The translations under genes were made by a program, and so were the position numbers. A stretch of DNA of 64,000 nt from Phoronis australis (Eukaryota > Animalia > Phoronida): assembly GCA_002633005.1 (NCBI GenBank), contig NMRA01000458.1, positions 124,001 to 188,000 of the forward strand, written 5' to 3'. Numbering within the stretch: the first letter of the stretch is position 1; each line of letters starts with the position of its first letter. The notes beneath the pieces are model-generated. The model had not been told where the DNA came from and searched no databases. It worked only from the letters and a program-made list of their open reading frames with translations. Below, one piece after another: positions 36,495 through 48,375 of this stretch.

Positions 36495-39400
36495 ATGTCA
36501 GAATCACAACCATCGCAGGCTTCCCAGCCAGCTGCGGAACAATCACAGGTTCAACAGCTTCAACAACAACAACAACAGCAGCCAAGTCAACAGCCCACTG
36601 CCAACAACATTGCCACATACACCAACAACAGTGTACCGATTGCACCGTCATCAGGCTCTTCACCGAGAACGGTTCCCAACTCACCCCTGACAGCTCAACA
36701 ACTGACTGGTCAACCCATCCCACAGAATATCGTTATACCACAGGGAATGCCCAATGCTGGTCAATATGTCCAGTTCATGTTCGCCCCTCCAAATCCTGGG
36801 ATAGGTAAAAGATTTCCAATGTTGTTCAACTGTAATCGTCCAATTTTATGTATATGAGAGTGGGGTATTACTAGGAACAGTCAATTACTTAACAATTTCA
36901 AGAAAAATATGTATGGTTTTGGGTAGCCTGGATGTTTAGTGTCTTGTTTGTTTGCTTGTTTCTGATATGTGCCAATTATTTTAAATTGTCAGTTATAATA
37001 GCCACCGGCGACTGTTTTATGTTTATTTGATGAGAACTGACCAGGAATTTTATGTATCTGGACTCAATTCCTAGGCCAGGACGTGCAATTTTTTCAAATT
37101 GAGCACAGAATAATAAACACTTATCTTAAGTTTGCACAAAGTAAAATAGATAATACCGAAAATAATTTGAAATTCGATCTGGAGTAAACAGATAAGATCC
37201 TGGGCCCAGACTTGAACATGTAGCTTTAATGTTGGGGTCATCAAGTACAAGATAGGATTACACTGTGATTCATGCACACCATAATAAACTCGAGCACGGA
37301 ATAATAAGTCACTCATCTTGAGTTAATACCAAAATAGAACAGAAAATGTTAAAAATAATTTAGAATTTGATTTTGAGTAAAAAGATTTGACCCCAATCGC
37401 CGGAGATTGTCCTGAAACCAACCCATATCACTGTCAGAGTCTGTGAATTACTCATCAAACAACTGTGTAACTTGTGCCTCACTGTTCCCTTTGCTGTAGC
37501 AATGCCGACCGGTGGTGTTAACTTTACTATGGCTCCGCAGAGGCCGCCAGCTGCACACTCTGGAGTTGGCCCAAGAAGTCCTGCCATGCTTGGAGTTGTC
37601 CCCCCTTCACCCGGCACACCTATGGTAAGAAATGCACAAGTTTTGAAAGAATCATCAAGTGATAATTTTTTTATTTATTAACAAATTTGAAATGTAGTTT
37701 GTAATTTATTAATCTGTGTGTATTTTTTAGAAAAAAACTGTACATTGTGTGTTGAACCATTGTTAAATTTTCTTCAGTCAAGTGCCTTTTGTGAGCAATC
37801 AAGGTGGCTGTTCCTCCTGCTGTACTGATTGTCAGAGTTGTAGATTCCAGTTATTTTTGTACAGATTGTCAAAACCTAAAGGAAACTATTTGAAAAATGA
37901 GACATTTATTTGGGACTGAGAGAAAACAAATATTCAGCTGCAACCTCTACCAAATGTCTGAAGATTTCATCCTCTTATATGTAGTGATGCAATTTGTGTG
38001 TGGATAATTTTTCTGCGAAATTGTTTCTATATTGTTCTGAACATAGGTAATTTATTCATAATACTGTAAGTCATAGTGACTTTGATGAACATTGACACAA
38101 GTGAGTATCAAGTCATGCTGACAACTGGTAGTTTGGAAAAATCCGAGGTCAAAAATTCAAAGTTGAGGTTGCCAAAATGCTTCAGTACAACTGTCCAATA
38201 GGTGCCTGATTTTTATTTGTCTATTTGAGCTGAAGTTGCCACTTGCAATAGGTAATTGCAGTTCGTGAGCTGATTTCTTGCCAAATGAGACTTAGACACA
38301 TGTAGCATGTAATCACACTAGATACGATCATGACGGCTAATTCTGACTGCGAAGGAGACTGAATGGTAATAACTATAATGGCAACAAGATTCTAATTGTA
38401 GAATGGCTAAAGTTTTGTGTTACCACGGTAATTTCCTTTCATTCTCTGTCATAATGAAAGACTACTCAGAGTAGGTTACTCAGAGTAGGTTACTCAGAGT
38501 AGGTTACTCAGAGTAGGTTACTCAGTGTAGGTTACTCATAGTAGGTTACTCAGTGTAGGTTACTCATAGTAGGTTACTCAGTGTAGGTTACTCATACTAG
38601 GTTACTCAAGAGTAACCAAGCCTAATGAGATAATATTGAAATGGACACAGTCGTCACGTACATTACACAAAGTGGCATGATGCCAACAACTTGATTACGA
38701 TTGTTCATACTGACTCAGAGTTTTGATGCCACAGTGACAGGCATGAGAGTTTTACTGTACTTTTTGATGACTCAAAAGTCAGTGTTCTCAATACACACTG
38801 GCCTGGTGACCCGGGGCCAGTGGTTTTGCAGCCGGGCCAGTAAACTTTCACATACAGACCCTATGTGGATGTGATCTCATATTCAAGTAACTTGCCCGAC
38901 GGCCAGCACATTTATTTTGCTGAAGTTCAAACACTGCTCAAAGTTGCATGTGTGTTTTTCAGTTCTTAGCAATCTTTGTTTAACACTGGTATAAGGTCGA
39001 CACCTGCATGCAACTTAGTCGTCGCCAAATTATAATTTATTTATTTATTATTGTGATATTTAAAATGAGGGTGGCCTCTTCAGTGATAGCACTGCTTTCC
39101 AAGAGGGCCCTCACAAACAAAATGAGTTACCAATTTGTAAAATACATTCATACGATCAATGCTTGTCCGAGAAGAAGAACATCGTTCTTGTGAACATTTT
39201 GATGTGGTTGTACATTTTGCAAGCATGACTACCCTAAACAATTAATTCATGCTGCCTAAATGTGATACATGCAGAGTGTCACAGCATGGTGTTTAATTCA
39301 TTTGAGTGCGCATTTCAACTAGGCTTTGTTACACCAAAAGGAATTCAAGGAACCAAATATCGAAGATTAGTACAATTCTTCACACACTCAAGATAACTTC

Positions 39401-41168
39401 ACTGGAGGATGGGCAACTGACCAAACCTTGGCTAATTGTACTGAACGTCAAAAATTTCCAAAACAATAAATTCTTATATTGTTTGCTATCCTAAGACTGA
39501 GAACTGTACAAGTCATGTGTCAGTTTTAATCTGATGTATCTTGTGATACTGTGAAAGGGCAACTTGCATGTAGTAGTGTGACAGCGGGATACTAATTCCA
39601 GTGTATTTGTCATCTATGTGTGTTGTGCAGTGTAGCAAAGACATCAGGGGGTTTGCTAGCCAAATACTCAGGTCTTAAACTGAACTAAGAATGGTGAAAT
39701 GGACATAAACCAAAAGAATGGGAGGAAAATTCTTGTTCAGTGTGTTGATACTCATCAAACTGATTTCTCTTGGCATATTGAGGGAAACGTAAACAGTCTT
39801 ACCAGTTATATTTTGCCTCTTTGTACCTTTCTCTAACAAAAACGAATCAAATCGTCTGCCATCTTGTAATCTCGGTTTTTGAAGTAATAACATCATATAA
39901 TGACATCATGTAATGACATCATGTAATGACATCATGTAATGACATCATGTAATGACATCATGTAATGACATCATGTAATGACATCATGTAATGACCCAAA
40001 TGGCAGCCAATCAGCCAAATGTTTGAAGTATACGAGTTCACAAATATGCAAAAACAGATTAGTAAAAATTCTAACCTTCGAGTGAAGTTCTTTAAAAGGG
40101 CTTGATTTCTGTGCAGTTGTATTCGCCGTATTATTTCTGTAGATAAATGTGTTCGTGCGATCGCAATTTTAACTTGTACAGGCTAGTATTTGATGTGAAA
40201 GTCGAGTGTGATATGTATTACTTAATTATACACTTTCACTGTACAGACTTCCAACCCTGTTTAAGGGTTGGTTTACAGACTAGGGGTTTGTTTAGCATTG
40301 ATTAACCTCTACAAAAAGTTAATGTTTTTTTCCACTTGATAAGCTTTACCCATCACGGCGGAAGGCTATGGTGGTAAGTTCCGCTTGCACTGAACAGTCA
40401 TAGCGTGGATTTCTGTTAGCGTTCAGCCTTCATGATGTGGAATGACAAGTTATTTTAGTTTCTTACGGCTTGTACTGTGTGTGTGGAGTGTCAATTATTT
40501 CTTATTTCATGTTAGTTTCATGAACCACTAAGATTAGTTAATGATTTAACATGTTGAATTAAAAACATGTAATTTGTGTAGTCACATATTGTCCAGGTAA
40601 GATGTTTGTCTAAACCTGTCGAAGCTATACTAGTCTGGCTATGTCAGACTCTGTGATGGTAAACAAACAAAATGAAATGATTGATCAAATATGGACAAAA
40701 AATGCACTGATGTCATCTCATAATGCTTACAAATTGGCAACCATCCATCAGATGGCAGACTGGCAGAGTGATACTTTGATTTCTCCATTCACATGACGTG
40801 GTTGTGACTGATAAGTAAATCAAAGGGGCTGCATGTGTGTGTTGGCAAAACTATATGTGTTCATATGTTTATTAATGTCAATAAGGTGGAATCTTTTAAT
40901 TCTGTGGTTGTCATTATTACCTAATTGTCATTGCCCTTTTAATACTCTATTTTTTTCTACAGACTCTTAGATAATCGTTCTATTTTTTCAGGGTGGCATG
41001 CACCTAGTTTCCCCACCAGCCAGTCAGCAACCATTGTCTTTGGCAGCCCCATCCTCCAAGTCTCCTGTTAGGCCTCCCACTATGTCACAGTCTGTTGCCA
41101 ATGTGACAGGTCAGCGGCTCATTTCGGCTGAGTCATTGCAACAGATGCAGCAAATGCAACAACAGTTC

Positions 41169-41200
<32 letters not shown>

Positions 41201-44200
41201 GAGTATGCATCAGCATTCACAGCAACATCATTCGCAGCAGCAGCCGCAGCAGCAGCAACAGCAGGCGGCTAAGTTCTATATCCGCCCAATTGGTTCAGGC
41301 ATGCAGTTGGTCAGTCAGCAGCCGTCGATGTCTAGTCAAGGCCAGGCCATGCAGGTAAATTGGATGCACCAGAGTGGTGAGGTAGTCATGGCTCAGTGTT
41401 GATTGGGTGTAGATGCAACTCTGATCCTAGTTGTATATAAGTGACATCGTAATAGTACCATTGTTGAAAAATGATTTTGATGCCTTGCAAACCTATCCAG
41501 TGGATAAGATTCAAAGTTCTATGCAAAACAGCACAGTTGGACAATTCTTAACCTATTTAAACCCCTTCCTAACTAGGGCCAGTCACCCATTGGAACCGTG
41601 GCGCCCTCTAGTCAGCATCAGATGATGACTCATCAACAACAACAGCAGCAGCAGCAGATTATATCCACTCAGGCCATGCTTGCCAGTCAGCCGATCTATG
41701 GACAGATCATACCACAGGCTATACCCCTGGCCCATCAGCAATACCAAGGTTGGTACCAATGGTGGATTTTCAACAAAATCTTGTTCTTTTTTTACCAAAT
41801 ATTACAGTGTTAAGAAATAACAAAAATGTAAAAAGACTGGCATATATATACTAATTTTAGTGGCTATTGAAGTGAGAGAGAATTGTCACGTTATGTTTCA
41901 CAGAACAACTATACCATTGTTGGTACTGTGGTGGATTTTTAATAATGTTACATTCCTTTCTCTCATTGTATATTACACTTGCTGTTAAGAAATACAAGAA
42001 AATAACATATATTCATTTTTGTGGCTATTTAGTGGAAAGATCGTGTTATGTCTTTCACAAAGTGTATGGTGTATTTCAGAAATTCAAATTAACTTGTCAT
42101 TGTTTTTTTTTTGTGTTTGAGGACCTTTGTGGACAGTTTGCTCTCAAACCTTGCTTGATTGTCAAATAGAGCAAACATGATCTTCCATTAGATAGTAATA
42201 TTTTATTGATCAGGATTCTTCATATACATGATTCTCAAAGAGAAACATTCTACATTCAATAGTAGCCCCATACAATTATATTTGTATATGTGAGCCTTTG
42301 TTCCATTGATAATATTTAACAGGCCAAGCAGTGTTGACCTCACAGCCAATGTACGTGAGACCAAGTCAGCCACCCATGCAACCCATTCATCCTGTCAACA
42401 TGGCACCCAAAGTTGGTCGTCCGCGCCTTGATCAGTCACAACGAAAGACTCCACCTGGTGTCAGTCTGGCTGCCAAACGACAGGCCACTGGGCAGGCTCG
42501 TGTCACACCCATTGCGTCACGCTCCATGAACAAGAGTTACACTCCTCCTATGAACCTGACTGTGGGGGGCCGACAGGAGATGATGCCAAAACAGATCCGT
42601 GCACGGTTCAAGTCACCTGCTCAGATGGTGGGAAACACCGCCTATCGCAACATGGCCAATGTGGTACGTGTACCACAACCAAATTTTACCCGCCTGGCTC
42701 CGAGTAATCCTGCAGCACAGGAAAGTCGCAAATCAACCACTGGTCTAGACTCGACCAGAGGCAGTACTGATCTGGAGGACACCAGCCCCTGCCAGGATAT
42801 GCCACAGTTGGTCAGCACTGCATCGCAGCCTCTTGCCAATGGGGACGGTGGTGGCGATAAGGAGAAGCAGAAAGCAGTGGTCAAGCCACAGACGCTTACC
42901 CACGTCATTGACGGCTTCGTCATAGAAGAGGGTCCACTTGCCTTCCCAGTGAGTTTAATTCATTGAAGGCAGAGGTCCGGGTGTCCTCATCTCTGCTCGG
43001 CCACTGTATCTGTACATTGTCCATCTGGTCATTATTTTGGAGCCACTGTATTTCTTATGTGACGCAAGCTAAATGATGTTTGTGTCATGCATAAGTATTA
43101 AACTTTGAAATATTTCTTTGCCACATTTACTTGACACTGTCGACAGTTCCTAACATTGACATGTTCAACCGGTCAACTTCAGATAGGCAGAGACTCCTTG
43201 CAACATTTTCAAATTTTTAATGGAAATTACTACGGTAAAAGTGTCGGCTGACATCATCTAGCAAATTTTGGAGAATGTCAGTTTTTGTGAACAGAAGAGG
43301 TTGATGGTGTTACAGTGCATGATTTAAAAAAAAATGAGTTTCAATATGTGTTCTAAAGCTGAAAATGTCACTGTCTTTTACTGTCTTGTGTTGAAGGTGC
43401 AGGCCTCTTCGTTACTAACAGACACTAGTGACATGCCTCCAAAATTGTCGCGAGTGTCACCACGTGAGTCTGAGGAAGAAGTGTTCAAGCCAGCGTCTAC
43501 AGGTACTCAACACCACAGATTAGTCATAAATGTTTTTATTCACAGATGGCTATCAGTTGTCATTGTGTTTGATTAGTAATCTACTGAAAGGCATTACCAT
43601 CGCTAGCTTTGTAATGATGTCTTTCCACAATTTAACGTCCAGTATTTAATAAGAGCTTGGTATCACATTGCCTCAATGTGACAGTAATGCCAGATCTTGA
43701 ACAAACGCCGTTGTTTAATTGTCGTTCACTTTGACATAAGAGTTAAGTTTCTAGTGGATTGATAGATATGGGTTCTGATGTGGTGTGATGATCACAGTGT
43801 GCTGGTGTGATGATCACAGTGTGCTGGTGTGATGATCACAGTGTGCTGTTGTGATGATCACAGTGTGCTGGTGTGATGGTCACAGTGTGCTGGTGTGATG
43901 ATCACAGTGTGCTGTTGTGATGATCACAGTGTGCTGGTGTGATGATCACAGTGTGCTGGTGTGATGATCACAGTGTGCTGGTGTGATGATCACAGTGTAC
44001 TGGTGTTATGATCACAGTGTGCTGGTGTGATGATCACAGTGTGCTGGTGTCGCAATCACGGTGTGCTAATGTGGCAATCACAGTGTCCTGGTGTAGCAAT
44101 CACAGTGTGCAGGTGTGCTGATAATAGTATGAGTCCACTGCAGAGTGGCTTCAATATCAATTTTACCAAAAGAATGCTTAAGGTTTTGTAGGATGCTTGA

Positions 44201-47200
44201 AAATGTCCAATTTTGCCCAATTTTAGAGTTGTATCATATCTCGGAAATAGCTGGCCAAATTCACATGGAACTTTCAGGTTCTGTGCTTTATGCACAATTT
44301 CCAAAACATTCTTGGAAATTGTTTTTAAAAATTTCCAATTTTTCTAAAAAGCATAGTCACATGACCTAATTTATGGCAGATTGGTGTAAAGTCATCTGTC
44401 AAATTTTACAGAATTTCTACTGTCAGAAAATAATATATTATACTTTTGCTGATTTAAATTCTCTAGTTTTGCGGGTGTTTGGCTAAATGTACAAACTTGT
44501 TAATAGATCCTGCGTAACATTTGAATTGTCAAAAATTCAGGATAGCGTTATCATTAATTCTAATTGGTTGGAATTACAGACTTCACTTGTCCCCAAATAC
44601 AAACTTCTGTAGCAATCTTGATTATCAGCACAGATACAAACAAGTTTATGGTCAACTTGTTTGGACTTGAGCTGGTTGCTAGATTGCTACTGATTTAGTT
44701 GCTCATGAAGTTGTGTGGAAGGTATTGCTTGGAATATGTATTTGACTGTTAGAGTTAAGCAACTTACTCTCAATATCCAGCTAAAGCAGCAGAGGGTGTA
44801 AAACTCTTGAAGTGTGAGTTCTGTGGCAAAGTAGACAAGATGAACAAGTTTCGGCGGTCCATGCGGTTCTGCTCTGTCGGCTGTGCCAAGCGGTACAATG
44901 TCAACACACGCCACAAGGGACTGAAAAAGGCCAAACAACTGACAGCTGCTTGTAAGTGTTTAACACCCCTACTGTATAAAAATTTCCAATTTTTATCTAG
45001 TGTTTATTTGTAAATGCTTGCAATTGGCATGTGTATTTGTCTTGGTTAATCTCTGTGTTACCTTAGCATCCAAAAAGTTCTCTTTGAAATACCCATGCTT
45101 GGTTATACGTACACACCCAGTTCATACATTATTGGTGTCCTTGAAAACCCACTTCTTATGACTAACAAGCAGGAAATTGTTTGTATTCAGGCAATGTCTT
45201 GTTTGGCTTTTAAATGCATAGCAGCTGACATTATGCTAGAGTCTTGGTGTCATGTCAAGTCGATAGTTTATCTTCATGCATAGCTTAGTGCCTAAACTTG
45301 GATTTTATGGTTTCTTGACTTAAACGTCCTGGGTGCCAACTGGGACTGGTATCATGGTAAAATTTGCATATTAATTTACATATGCTGACTTTTTAGACTG
45401 GTGAAAAGAACTATTGTTCAGTTGTTAGAAACTTGGAAATACTATGATTGACTGCGAGTCCTATTGTAGATTTTGCAACTATCGAACATGTTTTTCAGCT
45501 TCAATGGCTCGGAAAAAGAAACAAATGTTAATGAAACGAACGTGGACGCGAGGTCAAGGACGCAGAATGGCTGTGGCCCGGGTAAGTTGCTGATCGGAAA
45601 GCTTGCTGTGTTACATTTATTTATTTCCAGGTTAATAGACTTATGCAAAATGTTACCAAATTCTCCTTTCGTATGCTAAATGCAAAAGCATCTATTAGTG
45701 ATTGTTCTAAAGAAATTTTGTGTAATTTGAAAATGACTGGGGATTTTGTAAATAAGAAGCTCTCTCAATCCAAAGTTAAGGCAACGTCATATCTCAGAAG
45801 TGGTTGGTCAGATTCATACGAAACTTTCAGATGCTATGCTCAATGCAGTGTTCTCCAAAACACTGGTGGGAATTGTTTTTAGAGTTAATCCGGTTTTGCA
45901 TGAAATAGCGTTTTCAAGATTTTGGTAGTAAGAAAGATGCATAAAACGAAAAGAAGAACAAAATGATAAATTAGGAAACTGTTTTAGCATTTTTAGTTTT
46001 CATCTTGAATGAAATTTGGTCAATGTGCTGAGATTGTACCTTTCCTTTTAAAAAACTTTGCTTAAACGACATGGTCACGTGACTCGATTATTGGTAGATT
46101 GGTCAAAAATCAAAAGCTAAAAGCTTTTTGTTCTTGGAAAATGTATCCTTTTCTTTTAGAATAAATTCTACAGTTTTGTAGATGTTTGTCTGAATACACA
46201 GACTTGGTGATAAGGTCCTGCATAACCTTAAAGTGATCTTGTTACTTGTCATTGTGGTTGTAGCTCCCTCAAGTGGCTGACCAGGCAGATGATGAACGCA
46301 GTACAACATCTAGTTCATCTTCGTCACATCCTGAGGGTGATGACAGGTCGACTATACCGTCACCACCGCAGGAAAGTCAGGAAGTGAAGAGGAACAATCC
46401 TGCCAAATGGACGGTGTGTTGAACTGATTAAATAATTTTATTTCCATGAGGACTTGTTACCAATGTTCATGGGCATTGCTCAAGTTAAAAGTATTCATTG
46501 TTTATGATTTTAAAGTTTCTTCAATTGTGCACAAAATTAATTGAAAAACTTTTAATTTTTTTGCGAACCTGTATTTATATGTGGGTGCATATTGCTGTCA
46601 TCTGTGTCTGGGCGTCCGCGGCTGTGTCTCCTAAACCCATTGCAGTATTTGGCAGATGTGTTCCTGTGTGGCTGACAACAGATGACAATGAGTTTCGGAC
46701 CGACCCAAATACCATCGTGCCCCCTTGTGGCAATTTTTGTTTTTTTACTTCTGCCTTGGTATCTTCATAGTCCCTTGACGCATTTTCACTAAATTTGGCA
46801 AATAGCTTTTTAATATGGAGGCGAAGATGCCATTCCGTTTTCGTGTGGATTTGATGAATTTGTGGACATTTTTGTTTTTTACACTTGTTTTCTGGTGTCA
46901 CCTCTATCTGCCATACCACTCAAAAGAGCATTATAAAAATTTACAGATGTGTTTCTGATCGGCCCTGTGATTTCCTGAGCCCGTAAATTCTTTGGCAAGG
47001 CTTGATGTGCAGCCAATACAAACTAAGATTTTGTATGGCGACCTAGTAAAAATCACAAATTGTCATAAGTTATCACACTCAGTCGGAGCACACCCTCAAA
47101 ATACTGCATGAAGTAAACAGTAAATCGTTCCGCAAAAATCGTAAGGTCCCATTTATCGGTCATGCATAGGTACACTTGTGTCTGCCAGAGGAAGTGAGCC

Positions 47201-48144
47201 TGCACAGTACATTGGGTTTGAGAGGGGGACGTTGGTTGTTACTGAGCATGTCAGATAATTCTAATTTTCCATTCGAACGCCATCTGGGTGATCATGGGTG
47301 CACCGACGGACATGTGCCGAGTTTGCCAGGTTTTTCTCACCCAACTATGCATTGTTTGTGACTTGCCTTGTTTTGGCGACCTCAATTCCTCTTTCGCCAC
47401 CTAAATGTCAAGGCCTAACTGAGTATTCTTTTTGGCAATAGAAACAACATCGTATCACGGTAAAGGAAATTCTCTAAAACACAAGTGGTCTTGTTTTGAA
47501 TTTGATTTTTTTGACAGCGATAGTGCCTATAAATCCATGTTCTGTCAAAAAAGAGAAGTTCATTTTGACCTTTTACTTCATAGAATTGATCTCAACTTGT
47601 TCATTGCTCAGATTACAGGTGATTTCTGTGTGTGCAAAGAACTGACTGGTTGTTATTCGTTGAGACTGCTTGGCACACAAAGTGACACGCTGTGACGAGC
47701 CATCTTGTAGAGCCTGGTCTCTAGCAAAAAGGAACTCACTGTCTGTCAGTTCTTTTGAAACATTGAGATCCCCTTATTTGACTTAAGATTAATTTGAGAC
47801 CAATTTCAATAAAAAAATAGTCTAAATAAAAAGTTTTTGTGACGGAGTTTGTGTTTATATCTACTTTAAGACATAATAAGTTTGATTTGGGTTGTTTTGA
47901 AGTTGGCCGCATGGTTTGTATCATGAGTTCAATGTATTTGTGACAGGTGCAAGAAGTGTACGACTTTGTGAAAAGTATGGGTGGCTGTGAGCCGTATGCA
48001 GACCTGTTCAAGTCTCAGGAGATTGATGGACAGGCCTTGATGCTGTTGAAGGAGGATCATCTAATGTCTGCCATGAACATGAAGCTGGGCCCAGCGCTTA
48101 AGATCTGTGCGCGCATCAATAGTATGAAGACGGAAGCTAACTAG
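36495..48144 (+). CDS. PHC: Polyhomeotic-like protein (PRC1 subunit; HD1, FCS zinc finger, SAM), 10 coding exons, about 767 aa
   Basis: Exons 36495-36804, 37500-37624, 40992-41354, 41577-41748, 42323-42948, 43397-43502, 44781-44951, 45499-45581, 46264-46413 and 47947-48144 join in frame. Features: Q-rich N-terminus, HD1 KPQTLTHVIDGFVIEEGPLAFPV, FCS CEFCG..RFCSVGCAKRY, SAM PAKWTVQEVYDFV..QEIDGQALMLL..MKLGPALKI. Candidate 5'UTR exon donors lie at 35583 and 35832. Small exons may have been missed. Confidence 0.92.
38463..38617. repeat. 14-bp minisatellite (ACTCAGAGTAGGTT), about 10 copies
   Basis: Read directly. The array ends in the palindrome ggttactc-aa-gagtaacc. Confidence 0.95.
38780..38936. 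mobile_element. About 157-bp MITE in a Ph intron
   Basis: Ends cagtgtt / aacactg, internal ctggcc / ggccag repeats, flanks ctcaaaagt / ctcaaagt. Confidence 0.6.
39033..39115 (-). mobile_element. LINE (CR1/L2-like) 3' tail fragment
   Basis: Reverse complement reads gtgagggccctcttggaaagcagtgctatcactgaagaggccaccctc..taaata, then (TAAA)n. Same family as 24820-24893. Confidence 0.5.
39890..39995. repeat. 13-bp minisatellite (AATGACATCATGT), about 8 copies
   Basis: Read directly from the sequence. Confidence 0.95.
43781..44120. repeat. 22-bp minisatellite (GGTGTGATGATCACAGTGTGCT), about 12 copies plus a degenerate tail
   Basis: Read directly; lies in a Ph intron. Confidence 0.95.
46573..47060 (-). 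mobile_element. Degenerate Helentron/DINE-1-like element in the last Ph intron
   Basis: 46575-46745 is a diverged reverse complement of about 59620-59822, for example gagtttcggaccgaccc. The right boundary is approximate. Confidence 0.65.
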
Positions 48145-48267
48145 ATGGGAGAGAGAGAAAGGGAGTAGGAATGAGGGAGAGGGAAGGGAGGCGGAGAGGT
48201 GGAGAGAGGGAGGGGAGGTAGAGGGGGAGAGAGGGAGGGGAGGTAGAGGGGGTAGAGGGAGAGAGAG
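48145..48267 (+). repeat. Polypurine (G/A) tract immediately after the Ph stop codon
   Basis: About 120 nt almost exclusively G and A. Confidence 0.9.
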
Positions 48268-48375
48268 ATGGACTGCCCGGCCTTGATGCTGCCTAACAAT
48301 TGTGTCATATACGCCATGAACATATAGCTTGCACTCTTGCTCTAGATTTGTGAACATATCAGCAGTTGGAAGAAG
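48265..48375 (+). pseudogene. Degenerate duplicate of the C-terminal half of the Ph SAM domain
   Basis: Translates to EMDCPALMLPNN-CVIYAMNI*LALLL*ICEHISSWK, which aligns with the functional EIDGQALMLLKEDHLMSAMNMKLGPALKICARINSMK. Confidence 0.75.

Noticed and set aside
43781-44050. Box C (GTGATGA) repeats suggesting a snoRNA cluster or CRISPR array
   Set aside because: It is a head-to-tail 22-bp repeat with no box D and no unique spacers, in a eukaryotic intron.
48142-48270. Stop-codon readthrough from Ph into the relic SAM
   Set aside because: An in-frame TAG at 48166-48168 and two further stops within the relic block it.
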